Positions 37,952-48,976 are shown, counted from the first letter of the stretch. The stretch: DNA of 64,000 nucleotides from an uncultured Gemmatimonadales bacterium (GCA_963798845.1 CAWCUS010000006.1:96001-160000); one strand, 5' to 3'. The notes: generated from the sequence alone by a model not told the origin. Numbers and translations are program-made.

Positions 37952-39268
37952 TCAGGCCGCGTCCGCCTCGGCCAGCGGCCGCGGCCAGTGGGCTTCCAGG
38001 ATGCTGCGCCGTATGCCGGTCTCCACCGGCTCGATGCACTCGGCCAGGATCTCCCAGCACCGGTCCAGTGCCGCTTCCAGCGGGATGTCCACGGCCAGGT
38101 CCATCACCCGTGCCTCGAACAGCTCACCGTAGCGCAGCAGCTTCTCGTCCCACGGCGCCAGCTCGAAGCCCATCTCCCGCTTCTCGCGGCTCTCGCGCGT
38201 CCCGGCGTACAGCTGGATGCATGCGTCCATGATGGCCCGATGGTCGTCGCGCGTTTGCCCGTTCACCAGCTGTTTCAGGCGCGACAGCGAACCGAACGGG
38301 TCGATTCGCCCGTTCCGCAGGTAGAACTGGCCCTCGGTGATGTAGCCCGTGTTGTCGGGCACCGGGTGAGTCACATCGTCGCCCGGCATGGTGGTGCAGG
38401 CCAGCACGGTGAGCGACCCCGCGCCCTCGAAGTCCACCGCCTTCTCGTAGCGGCGGGCCAGCTGCGTGTACAGGTCGCCCGGGTAGCCGCGGTTCGACGG
38501 GATCTGCTCCATCGTGATGGCGATCTCCTTCAACGCATCGGAGAACGCCGTCATGTCGGTGAGCAGCACCAGCACCCGCTTGCCTTTCAGCGCGTACTGC
38601 TCGCCCACTGCCAGGCACAGGTCCGGAACCAGCATGCACTCCACGATGGCGTCGGACGCGGTGTGCACGAACATGATCGTCCGCGCCGAGACGCCGCCCT
38701 CCTCGAACGCGGTCCGGAAGGTCAGGTAGTCGTCGTGGCGCAGACCCATGCCGCCGAACACCACCACGTCCGCGTTGGCCTGGAGCCCCACCCGTGCGAG
38801 CAGCTCGTTGTACGGCTCCCCAGGCACGGAGAAGATCGGCAGCTTCTGGGACTCGACCAGCGTGTTGAAGACATCGATCATCGGGATGCCGGTCCGGATC
38901 ATCCGCCACGGCAGGCGACGCAGGACCGGGTTCACCACCGGGGACCCGAGCTCCACTTCCTCCGCCTCCGGCTCGGAGCGGCCGTCGCGCGGGCGGCCCG
39001 CGCCGTCGAAAACGCGCCCGAGGATGTCGTCCGAGAACGGGACGCGCATGGGCTTGCCGAGAAAGCGGACCCGGTCGGCGGTGGACACCCCCTGGGTGCC
39101 CGAGAACACCTGCAGGCTCACACGGTCACCGTCCAGGCGGATCACCTGGGCCAGCGAGCTGCCGCGCGCCCCCGTGATCATCGCCAGCTCGTCGTAGCCC
39201 ACGTTCGGGGCGCGCACCGTGACCACGCTCCCGGCAATGCTCGTGATACCGTCGTAGTACTTCCTCAT
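37952..39268 (-). CDS. atpB: V/A-type ATP synthase subunit B
   Basis: [22 protein letters not shown] and [14 protein letters not shown] motifs. Confidence 0.95.
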   Translation of the reverse strand: MRKYYDGITSIAGSVVTVRAPNVGYDELAMITGARGSSLAQVIRLDGDRVSLQVFSGTQGVSTADRVRFLGKPMRVPFSDDILGRVFDGAGRPRDGRSEPEAEEVELGSPVVNPVLRRLPWRMIRTGIPMIDVFNTLVESQKLPIFSVPGEPYNELLARVGLQANADVVVFGGMGLRHDDYLTFRTAFEEGGVSARTIMFVHTASDAIVECMLVPDLCLAVGEQYALKGKRVLVLLTDMTAFSDALKEIAITMEQIPSNRGYPGDLYTQLARRYEKAVDFEGAGSLTVLACTTMPGDDVTHPVPDNTGYITEGQFYLRNGRIDPFGSLSRLKQLVNGQTRDDHRAIMDACIQLYAGTRESREKREMGFELAPWDEKLLRYGELFEARVMDLAVDIPLEAALDRCWEILAECIEPVETGIRRSILEAHWPRPLAEADAA

Positions 39269-41013
39269 TGGACCTCGAGGCGCTGGGCGCGCGGCCGGCC
39301 CACGCGCTCGATGAAGCGATCGACCCGCGACAGCATCCGGTCGTACTCGTCGCTCCCTGCCGCGGCGTAGTTCCAGTTCCGGAAGAGGTCGCCGGCGCGA
39401 AGCATGGCCTTCCTCGCCTCCTCCTTCGTCTCGAAGTCCAGCTCCCGCCCCAGCAGGGTGAGGAGCCTGTCGAACACGAAGCGCTGCCGGTCCGCGGGCG
39501 TCGCCGCGTCCACTGCGTCGAAGGCGTTCTGCTGGAGGTAGCACGTGTCCAGCAGCTCCGCCTTCAGCATCACCGTGTAGTCCGGGACGGAAACGCCCTC
39601 CTCGCCCACCACCGTCATCATCTGGCGGATTTCGTCACCCCGCCGGAGCAGCGCTTTCGCCTTCGCCACCTTCTCCGGGGCCACGACGCCCCGGTACTTG
39701 CTCCACGACTCCAGCGGGTCGATGGCCGGATACCGGCGCGCCCTCGCCCGCGCGCTCGACAGCCCGTGGAACGCCCCCACCACCTTGAGCGTGGCCTGCG
39801 TCACCGGCTCTTCGAAGTTGCCGCCCGCCGGGCTCACCGTCCCGCCCACGGTGAGCGTGCCGGTGCGGCCGTCGTTGAGCTCCAGCGCTCCAGCCCGCTC
39901 GTAGAACGCCGCGATCCGGCTTTCCAGATACGCCGGGAAGGCCTCCTCGCCCGGAATCTCCTCCAGTCGGCCGGAGAGCTCGCGCATCGCCTGCGCCCAG
40001 CGCGATGTCGAATCGGCCAGCAGCAGCACGTGGGCACCCATCTGGCGGTAGTACTCGCCGAGCGTCACCGCGGTGTAGACTGACGCTTCCCTCGCCGCCA
40101 CCGGCATGGCCGAGGTGTTGCAGATGATGATCGTCCGCTCCATGAGCGTCCGCCCCGTGCGCGGATCCTGGAGCGCCGGGAATTCCCGGATCGTCTCCAC
40201 CACCTCGCCGGCCCGCTCGCCGCACGCGGCCACGATCACCACGTCCACTTCCGCGTGCCGCGAAGTGATCTGCTGGAGCACCGTCTTGCCCGCGCCGAAC
40301 GGGCCCGGAATGCAGTACGTCCCGCCGCGCACCACGGGGAAGAGAGTGTCGATGATGCGCACGCCCGTGACCAGCGGCTCGGATGGCATCAGGCGGCGGC
40401 GCGCGACCTCGAGCGGCACTTTCACGGGCCAGTGCTGCTGCATCGTGACCTCGTGTTCGTGGCCCCGCTCGTCACGCAGGAGCGCGACCGCCTCCGCTAC
40501 GGTGTAGTGCCCGGCCACGGCCACGGACGTCACGGTGTACCGGCCGCGGCGCGCGAACGGCACCATGATGGGGTGCTCGAGTATGCTCTCCGGGACGCTC
40601 CCCAGCACATCGCCCGCGCGCACGGTGGCGCCCGCCCTGACGGCGGGAGTGAAGCGCCAGCGCCGCTCCTGGGGCAGACCCGGCAGCGACTCGCCGGCCT
40701 GTAGGAAGAAGCCCGTTTCCCTCGCCAGCTCCGGGAGCGGGTTCTGCAGCCCGTCGTAGATCTGGCCGAGGAGTCCGGGGCCCAGCGTCACCGACAGCAG
40801 CTGGTCGCCCAGCTCCACGGGGTCGCCCACACGCAGGCCGCGCGTCTCCTCGAACACCTGGAGCTCCGCCCGCCGCCCGCGCACCCGGATGACCTCGCTC
40901 ATGAGCCTGGCGCCGTCTCTCCGGATGCAGCGCGCCACCGAGTTCTGGACCACGGCGCCATCCGTCTCCACGGCTACCATGTTGCCGTAAACCGCTGTGA
41001 TCCGCCCCATCAT
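39265..41013 (-). CDS. atpA: V/A-type ATP synthase subunit A
   Basis: P-loop [23 protein letters not shown] and DSTSRWAQA motifs. Confidence 0.95.
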   Translation of the reverse strand: MMGRITAVYGNMVAVETDGAVVQNSVARCIRRDGARLMSEVIRVRGRRAELQVFEETRGLRVGDPVELGDQLLSVTLGPGLLGQIYDGLQNPLPELARETGFFLQAGESLPGLPQERRWRFTPAVRAGATVRAGDVLGSVPESILEHPIMVPFARRGRYTVTSVAVAGHYTVAEAVALLRDERGHEHEVTMQQHWPVKVPLEVARRRLMPSEPLVTGVRIIDTLFPVVRGGTYCIPGPFGAGKTVLQQITSRHAEVDVVIVAACGERAGEVVETIREFPALQDPRTGRTLMERTIIICNTSAMPVAAREASVYTAVTLGEYYRQMGAHVLLLADSTSRWAQAMRELSGRLEEIPGEEAFPAYLESRIAAFYERAGALELNDGRTGTLTVGGTVSPAGGNFEEPVTQATLKVVGAFHGLSSARARARRYPAIDPLESWSKYRGVVAPEKVAKAKALLRRGDEIRQMMTVVGEEGVSVPDYTVMLKAELLDTCYLQQNAFDAVDAATPADRQRFVFDRLLTLLGRELDFETKEEARKAMLRAGDLFRNWNYAAAGSDEYDRMLSRVDRFIERVGRPRAQRLEVQ

Positions 41014-41729
41014 ACGCCGGCCTCCTTCGCCAGCGTGCGCGGCCGCGGCCGGTCGGGACCGGCGCTGCGCTGCCAGCGGTGCAGCAGGACGAGCTTCGCG
41101 GCGTACGCTGCGAACTCGTCGTCGTCGAACGTGAACCAGGGTTCGCGCTGGTCGACCCAGCGCCAGCTCGCCGTGATCAAGGTCCTCAGCCCGGTGAGCG
41201 GGTCGGGCGCCGCCGACCACGCCGCCTGCGCCGCTTCCGCCTCCCCCTCGAACTGCTGGAGATCCCACGCCACCGTGTACCGCGCCGGCTCCATTCCGAG
41301 CGCTCTGGCCCGGGCCACGGCCAGCGCGTTGCGGAGCGCGACCTCCCAGCCCACCCACTCGCCGAGGAACCCGCTCGCTTCCGCCTCCGCCAGCGCGGCG
41401 GCGAAGCGGAAGTACGCCGTCCAGAGCGCGTCCATGGGAAAGGCGGGAGTCTCGACCGGGTCGGCGGCAACCGCCAGCTCGGGGGGCAGCGGCGCGCCGC
41501 CCCTGGCCTGCTCGTCGGTCAGCACGGCCAGATCGGGCTGCTCGATCTCCCCCGCGCACACCGCCTCCCGCTGCAGGAGGTCGTGAGACAGGAGCACGGC
41601 CCTGGAAAGGCGGTGGGCACGCCCCGCCGGAACATCGGCGAGGAATTCGCCGAGCGACAGCGGCGGGAGCGCCGGCGGCGGGTCCAGCACCGGGAGCGCG
41701 GCCAGACGGTAATAATGGGGGCTCGCCAT
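41010..41729 (-). CDS. DUF2764-like V-ATPase subunit (C-like)
   Basis: YYRLAALP N-terminus and FLGEW..W...LRNAL; lies between E and A. Confidence 0.75.
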   Translation of the reverse strand: MASPHYYRLAALPVLDPPPALPPLSLGEFLADVPAGRAHRLSRAVLLSHDLLQREAVCAGEIEQPDLAVLTDEQARGGAPLPPELAVAADPVETPAFPMDALWTAYFRFAAALAEAEASGFLGEWVGWEVALRNALAVARARALGMEPARYTVAWDLQQFEGEAEAAQAAWSAAPDPLTGLRTLITASWRWVDQREPWFTFDDDEFAAYAAKLVLLHRWQRSAGPDRPRPRTLAKEAGV

Positions 41730-41739
41730 GCTGCGACCG

Positions 41740-42474
41740 TCAGCCGTTCCGCTTGGTGGAGCGTGCGAGCGCCGGAACCCCCACCTCGCCATCGGCATCG
41801 AGCGGCCCGCGGTCCAGAATCTCCCGGAGCCGCGGCCTCACCATCTCCATGAGCTTCTCCACCGTGGACTCGACGCTCACTTCAACGGTTCCACCCCGCA
41901 CACGGTACTCGAAGCCCGCCTCGCGCAGCGCACCCTCGACCCGCAGCCCGCTCGCGCCGGTGAGCCCGGCGGCGACCTCCTTCAGCCACCACGCTTCGAG
42001 CTGCTCGGCCAGCTCACGTGGCACCCGCACCTCGGTCGGACGCCCTTCCGCATCCGCCCGGGCGTACGCGCCAGCCATTTCCCGCAGCAGCGACCCCAGG
42101 AATTCCGGATCGCGCAGGCGCGCGTCCGCGGCCCGCGACAGCAGAGTCTCCAGCACTTCGTTGAGCTTGGTGCGCAGCTCGATGACCGCGTCCCTGGCCG
42201 CCAGCGTCAGCTCCGCCTCCGCACGCTCCCGCTCCCGCGACGCCGTGTCCCGCGCCTCCGCCAGGAGCGCGTCCGCCTCCGCCTTCGCGCGGCGGATGAT
42301 CTCGGCCGCCTCTTCCCTTGCCTCCGCCGCAAGCCGACGCGCTTCGTGCCTCCCCGTCTCGACACCTTCGCTGTGCAGCTGCGCTACGAAGGTCTCGAGG
42401 GTCAGGCTCGCCGCATCCGGGCCAGTGGCGCCGTCGGGGGCTTTCCTGCCCGTCCGCTTCTCGGATCGCGTCAT
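41740..42474 (-). CDS. atpE: V/A-type ATP synthase subunit E
   Basis: LHSEGVE, coiled coil, AARDA and RPRLREIL; first gene of the operon. Confidence 0.82.
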   Translation of the reverse strand: MTRSEKRTGRKAPDGATGPDAASLTLETFVAQLHSEGVETGRHEARRLAAEAREEAAEIIRRAKAEADALLAEARDTASRERERAEAELTLAARDAVIELRTKLNEVLETLLSRAADARLRDPEFLGSLLREMAGAYARADAEGRPTEVRVPRELAEQLEAWWLKEVAAGLTGASGLRVEGALREAGFEYRVRGGTVEVSVESTVEKLMEMVRPRLREILDRGPLDADGEVGVPALARSTKRNG

Positions 42475-42791
42475 CGCATCACATCGTCGAGCACGCCGTC
42501 GGCGGGTGCTCACGACCCTGGGCTGGGGGGGGTCGAATGCCGGGTGTCGCTTTCGAATTTCACAGCACACGATTCACGGAGCAATAGGAGTCTGCCCCAC
42601 ATCCACCACCCTTTTCCCCACAGACCGGCGGGAAGAAGCACGCATTCTCACGCGCGGTTCTTCCGCTGTGACGGCCGGCACAATAGCTTCGAGCAGAAGG
42701 AGAGCCCCGCGATTCCGGCCGGCCGCCGGACCGGCCGGTGGGCGCCACCAATGGGGGTGTGCGGCCACGGTCTGGAGCCAGGCGAAGAGCC

Positions 42792-43700
42792 ATGTATTCG
42801 AACATTGTCGTCCCCCTGGACGGTTCGGAGTTCTCCGAACGGGCCCTGCCGTGGGCCCGCACGATCGTCCGCCGCTCCGGCGGCGCCCTCCGCCTGGTCC
42901 ACGTCCACATCCCGCTCCGCATCCCGACGTGCGCGGAGGTCATCGGACCGCGCGTGGGAGAGCAGCTCCGCCAGATGAAGGCAGACGCCGAGCGGCAGGA
43001 GCGGGCGTATCTGGAAGTGGCCCGGAGCGGACTCGAGCCGGAGCCGGCGTCCATTTCGACGGCCGTGCTGCGCGGCCCCATCGCGCCGTCGGTGGCCGAC
43101 CACGCGGCGACGGAAGGCGCTACCCTCATCGTCATCGCGACGCACGCGCGGCCGCCACTGGACCGGGTGCGCCTGGGAAGCATCACCGACGAGATCGTGC
43201 GGCGCTGCCAGATTCCGGTGCTCATCGTGCGAGGGGAGGATCACGTGCTCCCCGGCCCGAACGAGAGCGCGCCCGTGGAGCGCGTGGTGGTGCCACTGGA
43301 CGGGAGGCCCCGCTCGGAGCGCTCGCTGAGCTACGGCGTGGAGCTCGCCCGCCTCTTCGACGCCGAGGTGGTCCTGGTCCGGGTGGTCCGGTCCGGCCGA
43401 AGGACCGAGCGAGAGGACGCGCTCGGGTGCGCGCGGCAGTATCTGCGCGGCGTGGTCTCGCGCCTCGACGCCGCGGGCGTCGTGGCCTCCTTCCGGAACC
43501 CCGAGAGTCTGGACGTCGCCGATGCAGTGGCGGAAGTCGCCGAAGAGGCCGCCCCCGGCGTGGTGGTGATGGCCTCGCGGTATCGCAGCGGCCTTTCCCG
43601 CCTGGTGCTGGGGAACATCGCCGAGGAGCTGGTCCGGAAGTCGCCCGTTCCCGTCCTTGTAGTGGGTTCGCGCACGCACATCGCCCCGACCTCCTTCTGA
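42792..43700 (+). CDS. Tandem universal stress protein
   Basis: Two USP domains: IVVPLDGS...GSITD..PVLIV and VVPLDG...GNIAE..PVLVV. Confidence 0.92.
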   Translation: MYSNIVVPLDGSEFSERALPWARTIVRRSGGALRLVHVHIPLRIPTCAEVIGPRVGEQLRQMKADAERQERAYLEVARSGLEPEPASISTAVLRGPIAPSVADHAATEGATLIVIATHARPPLDRVRLGSITDEIVRRCQIPVLIVRGEDHVLPGPNESAPVERVVVPLDGRPRSERSLSYGVELARLFDAEVVLVRVVRSGRRTEREDALGCARQYLRGVVSRLDAAGVVASFRNPESLDVADAVAEVAEEAAPGVVVMASRYRSGLSRLVLGNIAEELVRKSPVPVLVVGSRTHIAPTSF

Positions 43701-43764
43701 CGCGCCCGCCGGGGCCGTGGTCCACTCCTCCCCGACATACCGTCGGGATATGCCGGAATTCCGC

Positions 43765-43791
43765 GAACCGTGGGGCAAAACCCCACCGTTC
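43765..43791. promoter_or_regulatory. Inverted repeat upstream of the cytochrome operon
   Basis: GAACCGTGGGG-CAAAA-CCCCACCGTTC with one mismatch; operator or hairpin. Confidence 0.35.
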
Positions 43792-43895
43792 TGGCGTGAT
43801 GAACCCGACTTGACTTTCCCACTCCCCTGTGGACTTTTCGTGGTGCGCGTCCGGGGCGCGCGGGCGGGTCGTCACAAGAGCCGAACGGGGGTCGA

Positions 43896-45446
43896 ATGAG
43901 AGCGACGGGGAACCGCGCACGGCTGTCCCTGATCGTGGTTGCGGGGGGTCTGGCGCTGGCGTCGTGCGTCGATGAAAGCGTGACGTACGAGGACCGCGGC
44001 CTCTACGGTCCTGGCGTGGAAGCCGCGGGAGGGTTCATCGGGTACGCCGACCCGTCCGACGACGACAAGCTGACGGTCTGCGGCTACTGCCACGGTACGG
44101 TGCAGGCGCAGTGGGAGCAGACAGCGCATGCGTCCGCGTGGGAGGGGCTCCAGTCGAGCGACCACGTCCAGCCCGTCTGCGAGGGGTGCCACACGGTCAA
44201 CTCGCTCGGCAACATCGTCCCGGAAGGGGAGGGCGGCGCGCCGGTGGGCGGGCACGCGTCGGCGGAGACCTCGAACGGGCGCTACCTGGATGTGCAGTGT
44301 GAGAGCTGCCACGGCCCCGGGATCACCCACGCGACAGACCCCAGCAAGGGCAACCGGCCGCTGGCGCCGGTGCAAGTCCGCAGCAGCCTGACCAGAGGGT
44401 GCGGCGAATGCCACAACGGTGTCCATCACCCGTTCGTGGAGGAGTGGGAGACGTCGCCGCACGGAAACGTCAACCCCGTCCCGGCGACCGACCAGGAAGA
44501 CGGGTGCGCCTCATGCCACTCGGGCGAAGGCGCGCTGCTCCGCCTGGGCGTCACCGCCGACTACCTCGAGAAGGACTCGCTGCTCGCCAGTGACGCGGCG
44601 TATGCGCAGATCGCGTGCGCGGTGTGCCACGACCCCCACTCGAAGACGAACCCGAAGCAGCTCCGCTTCCCCGTCGAGTCGGCCACGGTGGACAACCACC
44701 TGTGCGCCCAGTGTCACGATCGCCAGTCGCAGCCGAACGCGGCGGCGGACAACTTCTTCGAGTTCCGGCCGCACTCGCCGGAGACGGCCGAGCTGAAGGG
44801 GACGGCGGGGTACTTCCCGGCCACGGCGTCGATCGGCCCGGGGACGATCACGGGACCGCACGGCATCTCGAGCAATCCCCGCCTGTGCGCGTCGTGCCAC
44901 GTGGTGCCCTACACGGTCGAGGATCCGGCCTCGGGCGAGACCTTCACGTCCACCGGGCACGGCTTCCGGGCCGCGCCGTGCGTCGGCCCGAACGGGCTGC
45001 CCTCGGGCGAGGAGGACTGCGTGCTGACGACGACGGCGCGCAGCTTCAAGGGGTGCGTCTCGGGCGAGTGCCACGCCGGCGAAGCGGAGGCGCAGGCCAC
45101 GCTCGTGTCCGCGATCGACCGAGTCCTCCCGCTGGTGACGGCGCTGTACGCCCGTCTGAACCAGGTCGACCCGAACGGCAACCTGGCGGGCGGCGCGATC
45201 GACTTCACCGATGGCGTGCTCACCGTCGCCGACGGCGCCTACTTCAACCTGGCCCTGGCATTGTACCCGGGGAGCATCACGTCGCGGACGTCGCCGGAGA
45301 CGATCCGGGGCTACCTGGCTCCGTCGGTCACCCACAATCCGGCCCTGATCGAGGCGCTGCTCCGGGCCAGCCTGGAGGCGCTGGACGCTACGTATGGCCC
45401 CAGCCCCGGCGCGGCCGCGCTGCCCACGTCCGCGACCGACCGGTGA
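43896..45446 (+). CDS. Multiheme c-type cytochrome lipoprotein (8 CxxCH + 1 CX4CH)
   Basis: Lipobox LASC; CGYCH, CEGCH, CESCH, CGECH, CASCH, CAVCH, CAQCH, CASCH and CVSGECH; C-terminal HNP helix. Confidence 0.92.
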   Translation: MRATGNRARLSLIVVAGGLALASCVDESVTYEDRGLYGPGVEAAGGFIGYADPSDDDKLTVCGYCHGTVQAQWEQTAHASAWEGLQSSDHVQPVCEGCHTVNSLGNIVPEGEGGAPVGGHASAETSNGRYLDVQCESCHGPGITHATDPSKGNRPLAPVQVRSSLTRGCGECHNGVHHPFVEEWETSPHGNVNPVPATDQEDGCASCHSGEGALLRLGVTADYLEKDSLLASDAAYAQIACAVCHDPHSKTNPKQLRFPVESATVDNHLCAQCHDRQSQPNAAADNFFEFRPHSPETAELKGTAGYFPATASIGPGTITGPHGISSNPRLCASCHVVPYTVEDPASGETFTSTGHGFRAAPCVGPNGLPSGEEDCVLTTTARSFKGCVSGECHAGEAEAQATLVSAIDRVLPLVTALYARLNQVDPNGNLAGGAIDFTDGVLTVADGAYFNLALALYPGSITSRTSPETIRGYLAPSVTHNPALIEALLRASLEALDATYGPSPGAAALPTSATDR

Positions 45447-45456
45447 GGCGGGGGCC

Positions 45457-46953
45457 ATGAGGTTCATCGTCCTGGATCGGCGCCGACGGGGCGGCCGGCC
45501 CGGCGTTCTGTCGTGCGCGCTGCTCGCGCTGCTGGCGGCAGCGCCCGCTGCGGCCCAGGGCGTTCGCGGCACGGCCACGACGACACTCCGCTACCTGACC
45601 CTTCGGCCGATCCAGTCCGACACCGTGGATGCCGCGAACGTCTCGGCCGAGGACGGACAGCTCGTGTTCGACGGGCACTCCGTCACCTGCCTCGCGGGCG
45701 GGCTGCAATGCGTCTATTACACGCCGGATGACGTGGCGCACGCGGCCGTGGGCACACAGGACATCTCCGCCACCGCGTGGGGATTCGGGGTCCGCGGCCT
45801 CAGCGCCACCTTCCTGCTGAGGGGGCGCGCCGACCTCGGCGGCGACTTCACCTGGCCCACGTCGGACGATCCGTTCGATGCCATCCTCGCCTACGCCGAG
45901 CTCCAGCGCTCCGGCTACCGCGTGCGCGCGGGGCGCCAGCGCACCCTCTCGGGGCTCGGCTTCTCCGGCTACGACGGCGTGGACGTGCTGGCCTCGCCGT
46001 GGCGCGCGCTCCGGCTGGAGGCATACGGCGGACGATCGCTCGCGCGCGGTCTGAACGACCCGGCCAGCGAAGCGCTCCAGGGCATCGAGGACTTCGTCCG
46101 GGACCAGCAGGCCTTCCTCTTCGGCGGCGCCATCGAGGCCACGCCGTTCGCAGGCACCTCGCTCGGGCTGCGGTATCAGCGCGAGATCTGGGCGGACCGC
46201 GCCGGCCTGCTGTCCGAGCGCGCGTCACTGGATTTCCGCTCCTCGTTGCCGGGCGCGCTCTCGCGTGTGCACCTGACCGGGTCGGTGGATTACGACTTCG
46301 CCTTCGACCGGGTGGGGAAGGCGCGGCTGAGCCTGCGCTCGCCACTCCCCGGCGACTGGGGCTGGGTCGAGCTCACGGGGCGACGCTATCTGCCCTACTT
46401 CGACCTTTCCACCATCTGGGGCTTCTTCTCCCCCACTCCGTACCACGAGGGCGAGGTGGGTCTCACGCTGCGGCACTGGCAGCCGCTCACCGCCTGGATG
46501 AGCGCTGGCGTCCGCGAGTACGGTGACCCGGAGATCTCGGTCATCGGATCCCCGATCTCGGACCGCTCCGTGCGCTACGCCGTCGGCGCGCGGTTCCGGA
46601 CGGGGGGCGTCACCACCTCCGGGGAGTACCGGCTGGAGACCGGCTTCGGCGCGGTGCTGAACTCGGGCGACGCCATGCTACGCTGGGAGACGGGACCTCG
46701 CCTCGCCCTCACCGTCCGGGGAACTGCGTTCCAGCAGATCGAGGAGTTCCGGGTGGGGGACAACACGGTGTTCGGCGGCGGTCTCGGCGCGGAGCTGCGT
46801 CTTCCGGGGGAGGCGCGGCTTACGGCGGGCGCGGACGTGTACAGGCAGGCCTGGGACCACCGGCCCAGCCAGGCGGACTGGAACCAGCTCCGCGCCTACT
46901 CGATCCTGTCCATCCCGTTTGGCAGCGACCCGGGCCTCAGGGGGCCGCGATGA
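45457..46953 (+). CDS. Putative outer-membrane beta-barrel (porin of a porin-cytochrome conduit)
   Basis: Signal peptide (AAA-Q); alternating aromatic/Gly amphipathic strands; lies between two multiheme genes. Confidence 0.75.
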   Translation: MRFIVLDRRRRGGRPGVLSCALLALLAAAPAAAQGVRGTATTTLRYLTLRPIQSDTVDAANVSAEDGQLVFDGHSVTCLAGGLQCVYYTPDDVAHAAVGTQDISATAWGFGVRGLSATFLLRGRADLGGDFTWPTSDDPFDAILAYAELQRSGYRVRAGRQRTLSGLGFSGYDGVDVLASPWRALRLEAYGGRSLARGLNDPASEALQGIEDFVRDQQAFLFGGAIEATPFAGTSLGLRYQREIWADRAGLLSERASLDFRSSLPGALSRVHLTGSVDYDFAFDRVGKARLSLRSPLPGDWGWVELTGRRYLPYFDLSTIWGFFSPTPYHEGEVGLTLRHWQPLTAWMSAGVREYGDPEISVIGSPISDRSVRYAVGARFRTGGVTTSGEYRLETGFGAVLNSGDAMLRWETGPRLALTVRGTAFQQIEEFRVGDNTVFGGGLGAELRLPGEARLTAGADVYRQAWDHRPSQADWNQLRAYSILSIPFGSDPGLRGPR

Positions 46954-48404
46954 GGCGGAAGTGGGGTCTGTTGGGCGCGACGATCGTCGCCGTGGGCGTG
47001 GCGGGCGGGATCCTGGTCGGGCGTGCGGGCGCGGGTGAGCAGCCGGCTTTCCCGCATGCGACGCACGCTCGCCTGTTTCCCCTGTGCACCGGCTGTCACG
47101 AAGGCGTGCCGGAAGGGGACACGGCCAGCTTCTATCCCCCGCCGACGCTGTGCGCCCGGTGCCACAATGGCGTGCGTCTGGACAGCGTCGACTGGTCGCC
47201 GCCGGCCGTGCAACCGCGCGTTCCGCTCAAGTTCGCGCATCCCGGCCACATGGCCGTGCTCGACGCCGCCGGGGACACGGCGCTGGAATGCTCGACCTGC
47301 CACGTGCCGGAAGGAGCGGGGCGGATGAACGTGGCGCCGCAGCCCGTGCTCGCAGCCTGCTTCTCCTGCCACGGCCACCCGGCCACGCAGCACATGGTGG
47401 ACGCGGAGTGCGCCACCTGCCACGTCGAGTCCGTGGAGCACCCGCGGGTGGGCGAGTGGCTGGCCTCCCTGCCGTACCCGGCGGACCACGTCACCGCCGA
47501 CTTCCTGCGCGGGGGCCACGGCCGCCTGGCGCGCACGCAGCCCGAGCGCTGCGCCACCTGCCACACGCAGGAACGCTGCACCAGCTGTCACGTGAACGCG
47601 AACAGCGTCCCTGCGATCGCGGCCATGCCGGCGGCCCCGCCGGCCGTACGGCTGCCTCGCTACGCAGCGCACTACTTCGTGCCGCCATCTCACGAGGCGC
47701 CCGATTTCCTGGACACGCATGGCGAGATCGCCTCGGTCCAGGAGTGCTCGACCTGCCACACGCAGAACGACTGCGCGGCGTGCCACGCGGCCCAGCCGCC
47801 CGTGGTGGTGGCCGCCATGCCGCGCTCCGAGGACGTGCGGGCGCCCGGCGTGCTGCTGAAGCCGCAGCCGCCCTCGAGCCACCGGGTGGCCTCGTTCACC
47901 ACGCAGCACGGGGCGCTCGCCGCGGCAGACCCATCGTCGTGCAGCTCGTGCCACACGAGGAACATGTGCTCGGACTGCCACGAGGCCGCGGCCGTCAAGG
48001 TGGTGCTGCCGCAGGACCTGGCGGGGCCGCGCTTCCATCCGGACAACTTCATGGCACAGCATTCTGCCATGGCCTATGGCCGCGAGCTGGAGTGCGCGAG
48101 CTGCCACAACGTGGCGGCGTTCTGCCGCGACTGCCACGAGCAGGCGGGCTTCGGCACCAGCGGCAGGCTCAACGCCGGGTTCCACGATGCCGAGCCGAAC
48201 TGGCTGCTGCGGCACGGGCAACCGGCGCGGCAGGCGCTGGAGACCTGCGCGGCGTGCCACGAGCAGTCCGACTGCCTGCAGTGCCACTCGACCGTGGGCT
48301 CGTTCAGCGTGAGCCCTCACGGCAAGGGGTTCGATCCCGAGCGGGCGAAGGCGAAGAACCCGGCCATCTGTTTGGCGTGTCACGTGGAGGACCCGGTCGG
48401 GTGA
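46950..48404 (+). CDS. 16-heme periplasmic c-type cytochrome
   Basis: N-terminal signal/TM segment; 16 CxxCH counted; ATGA overlap with the barrel gene. Confidence 0.92.
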   Translation: MRRKWGLLGATIVAVGVAGGILVGRAGAGEQPAFPHATHARLFPLCTGCHEGVPEGDTASFYPPPTLCARCHNGVRLDSVDWSPPAVQPRVPLKFAHPGHMAVLDAAGDTALECSTCHVPEGAGRMNVAPQPVLAACFSCHGHPATQHMVDAECATCHVESVEHPRVGEWLASLPYPADHVTADFLRGGHGRLARTQPERCATCHTQERCTSCHVNANSVPAIAAMPAAPPAVRLPRYAAHYFVPPSHEAPDFLDTHGEIASVQECSTCHTQNDCAACHAAQPPVVVAAMPRSEDVRAPGVLLKPQPPSSHRVASFTTQHGALAAADPSSCSSCHTRNMCSDCHEAAAVKVVLPQDLAGPRFHPDNFMAQHSAMAYGRELECASCHNVAAFCRDCHEQAGFGTSGRLNAGFHDAEPNWLLRHGQPARQALETCAACHEQSDCLQCHSTVGSFSVSPHGKGFDPERAKAKNPAICLACHVEDPVG

Positions 48405-48433
48405 CCGGGCATCATTGAAAAGGAGCAGCAATC

Positions 48434-48883
48434 GTGGAGTACAAGCGCTGGATCATCGCCGCGACCGTGTTGGCACTGGTGGCGTGCGGGGGAGAGCAGG
48501 AGGGCGAGAAGCGGCCGCTGAGCGAGGAACAGCCTCAGGCGCAGCCGCAGCAGCAGAATGCACGGGTCGGGTGGCCCGAAGGGCTGGGTGACTCCGTGGA
48601 CCAGGCGAACGCCGCCTACCGCGAAGGCGACTACCAGGCCGCGGCGACCATGTACCGCGAGATGTCCGTGAGCCATCCGGACATCGGCACGGTGTGGTTC
48701 GGCCTCTACATGGCCGAGACCAAGCTGGGGAACAAGGCGGCGGCGGACTCCGCTCTGGCGCGCTCCAACGAGCTCAGCCCGGGGCTGGCCAACACGCACC
48801 AGGCCGCCACGGACACGACCATGCCGTCCGTTCACGAAGGAATGATGGAGATGCCACAGGGGCACCCGCCCATCAACCAGTGA
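48434..48883 (+). CDS. TPR lipoprotein
   Basis: AAGGAG SD, lipobox LVAC, TPR-like helices and C-terminal MPQGHPP. Confidence 0.75.
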   Translation: MEYKRWIIAATVLALVACGGEQEGEKRPLSEEQPQAQPQQQNARVGWPEGLGDSVDQANAAYREGDYQAAATMYREMSVSHPDIGTVWFGLYMAETKLGNKAAADSALARSNELSPGLANTHQAATDTTMPSVHEGMMEMPQGHPPINQ

Positions 48884-48937
48884 GCAGGGCTGCGCCCGGC
48901 GCCCGCGCGGCGTCGGTGCGGCCGGACGCGCGACCCG

Positions 48938-48969
48938 GAACGGGCCCGGCCAGACGGCCGGGCCCGTTC
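48938..48969. terminator. 14-bp perfect hairpin between convergent genes
   Basis: GAACGGGCCCGGCC-AGAC-GGCCGGGCCCGTTC. Confidence 0.6.
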
Positions 48970-48976
48970 TCGGATC

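Noticed and set aside
43740..43830. c-di-GMP (GEMM) riboswitch upstream of the cytochrome operon
   Set aside because: Only GGCAAAA in a single hairpin; the second stem and tetraloop-receptor pattern are missing.
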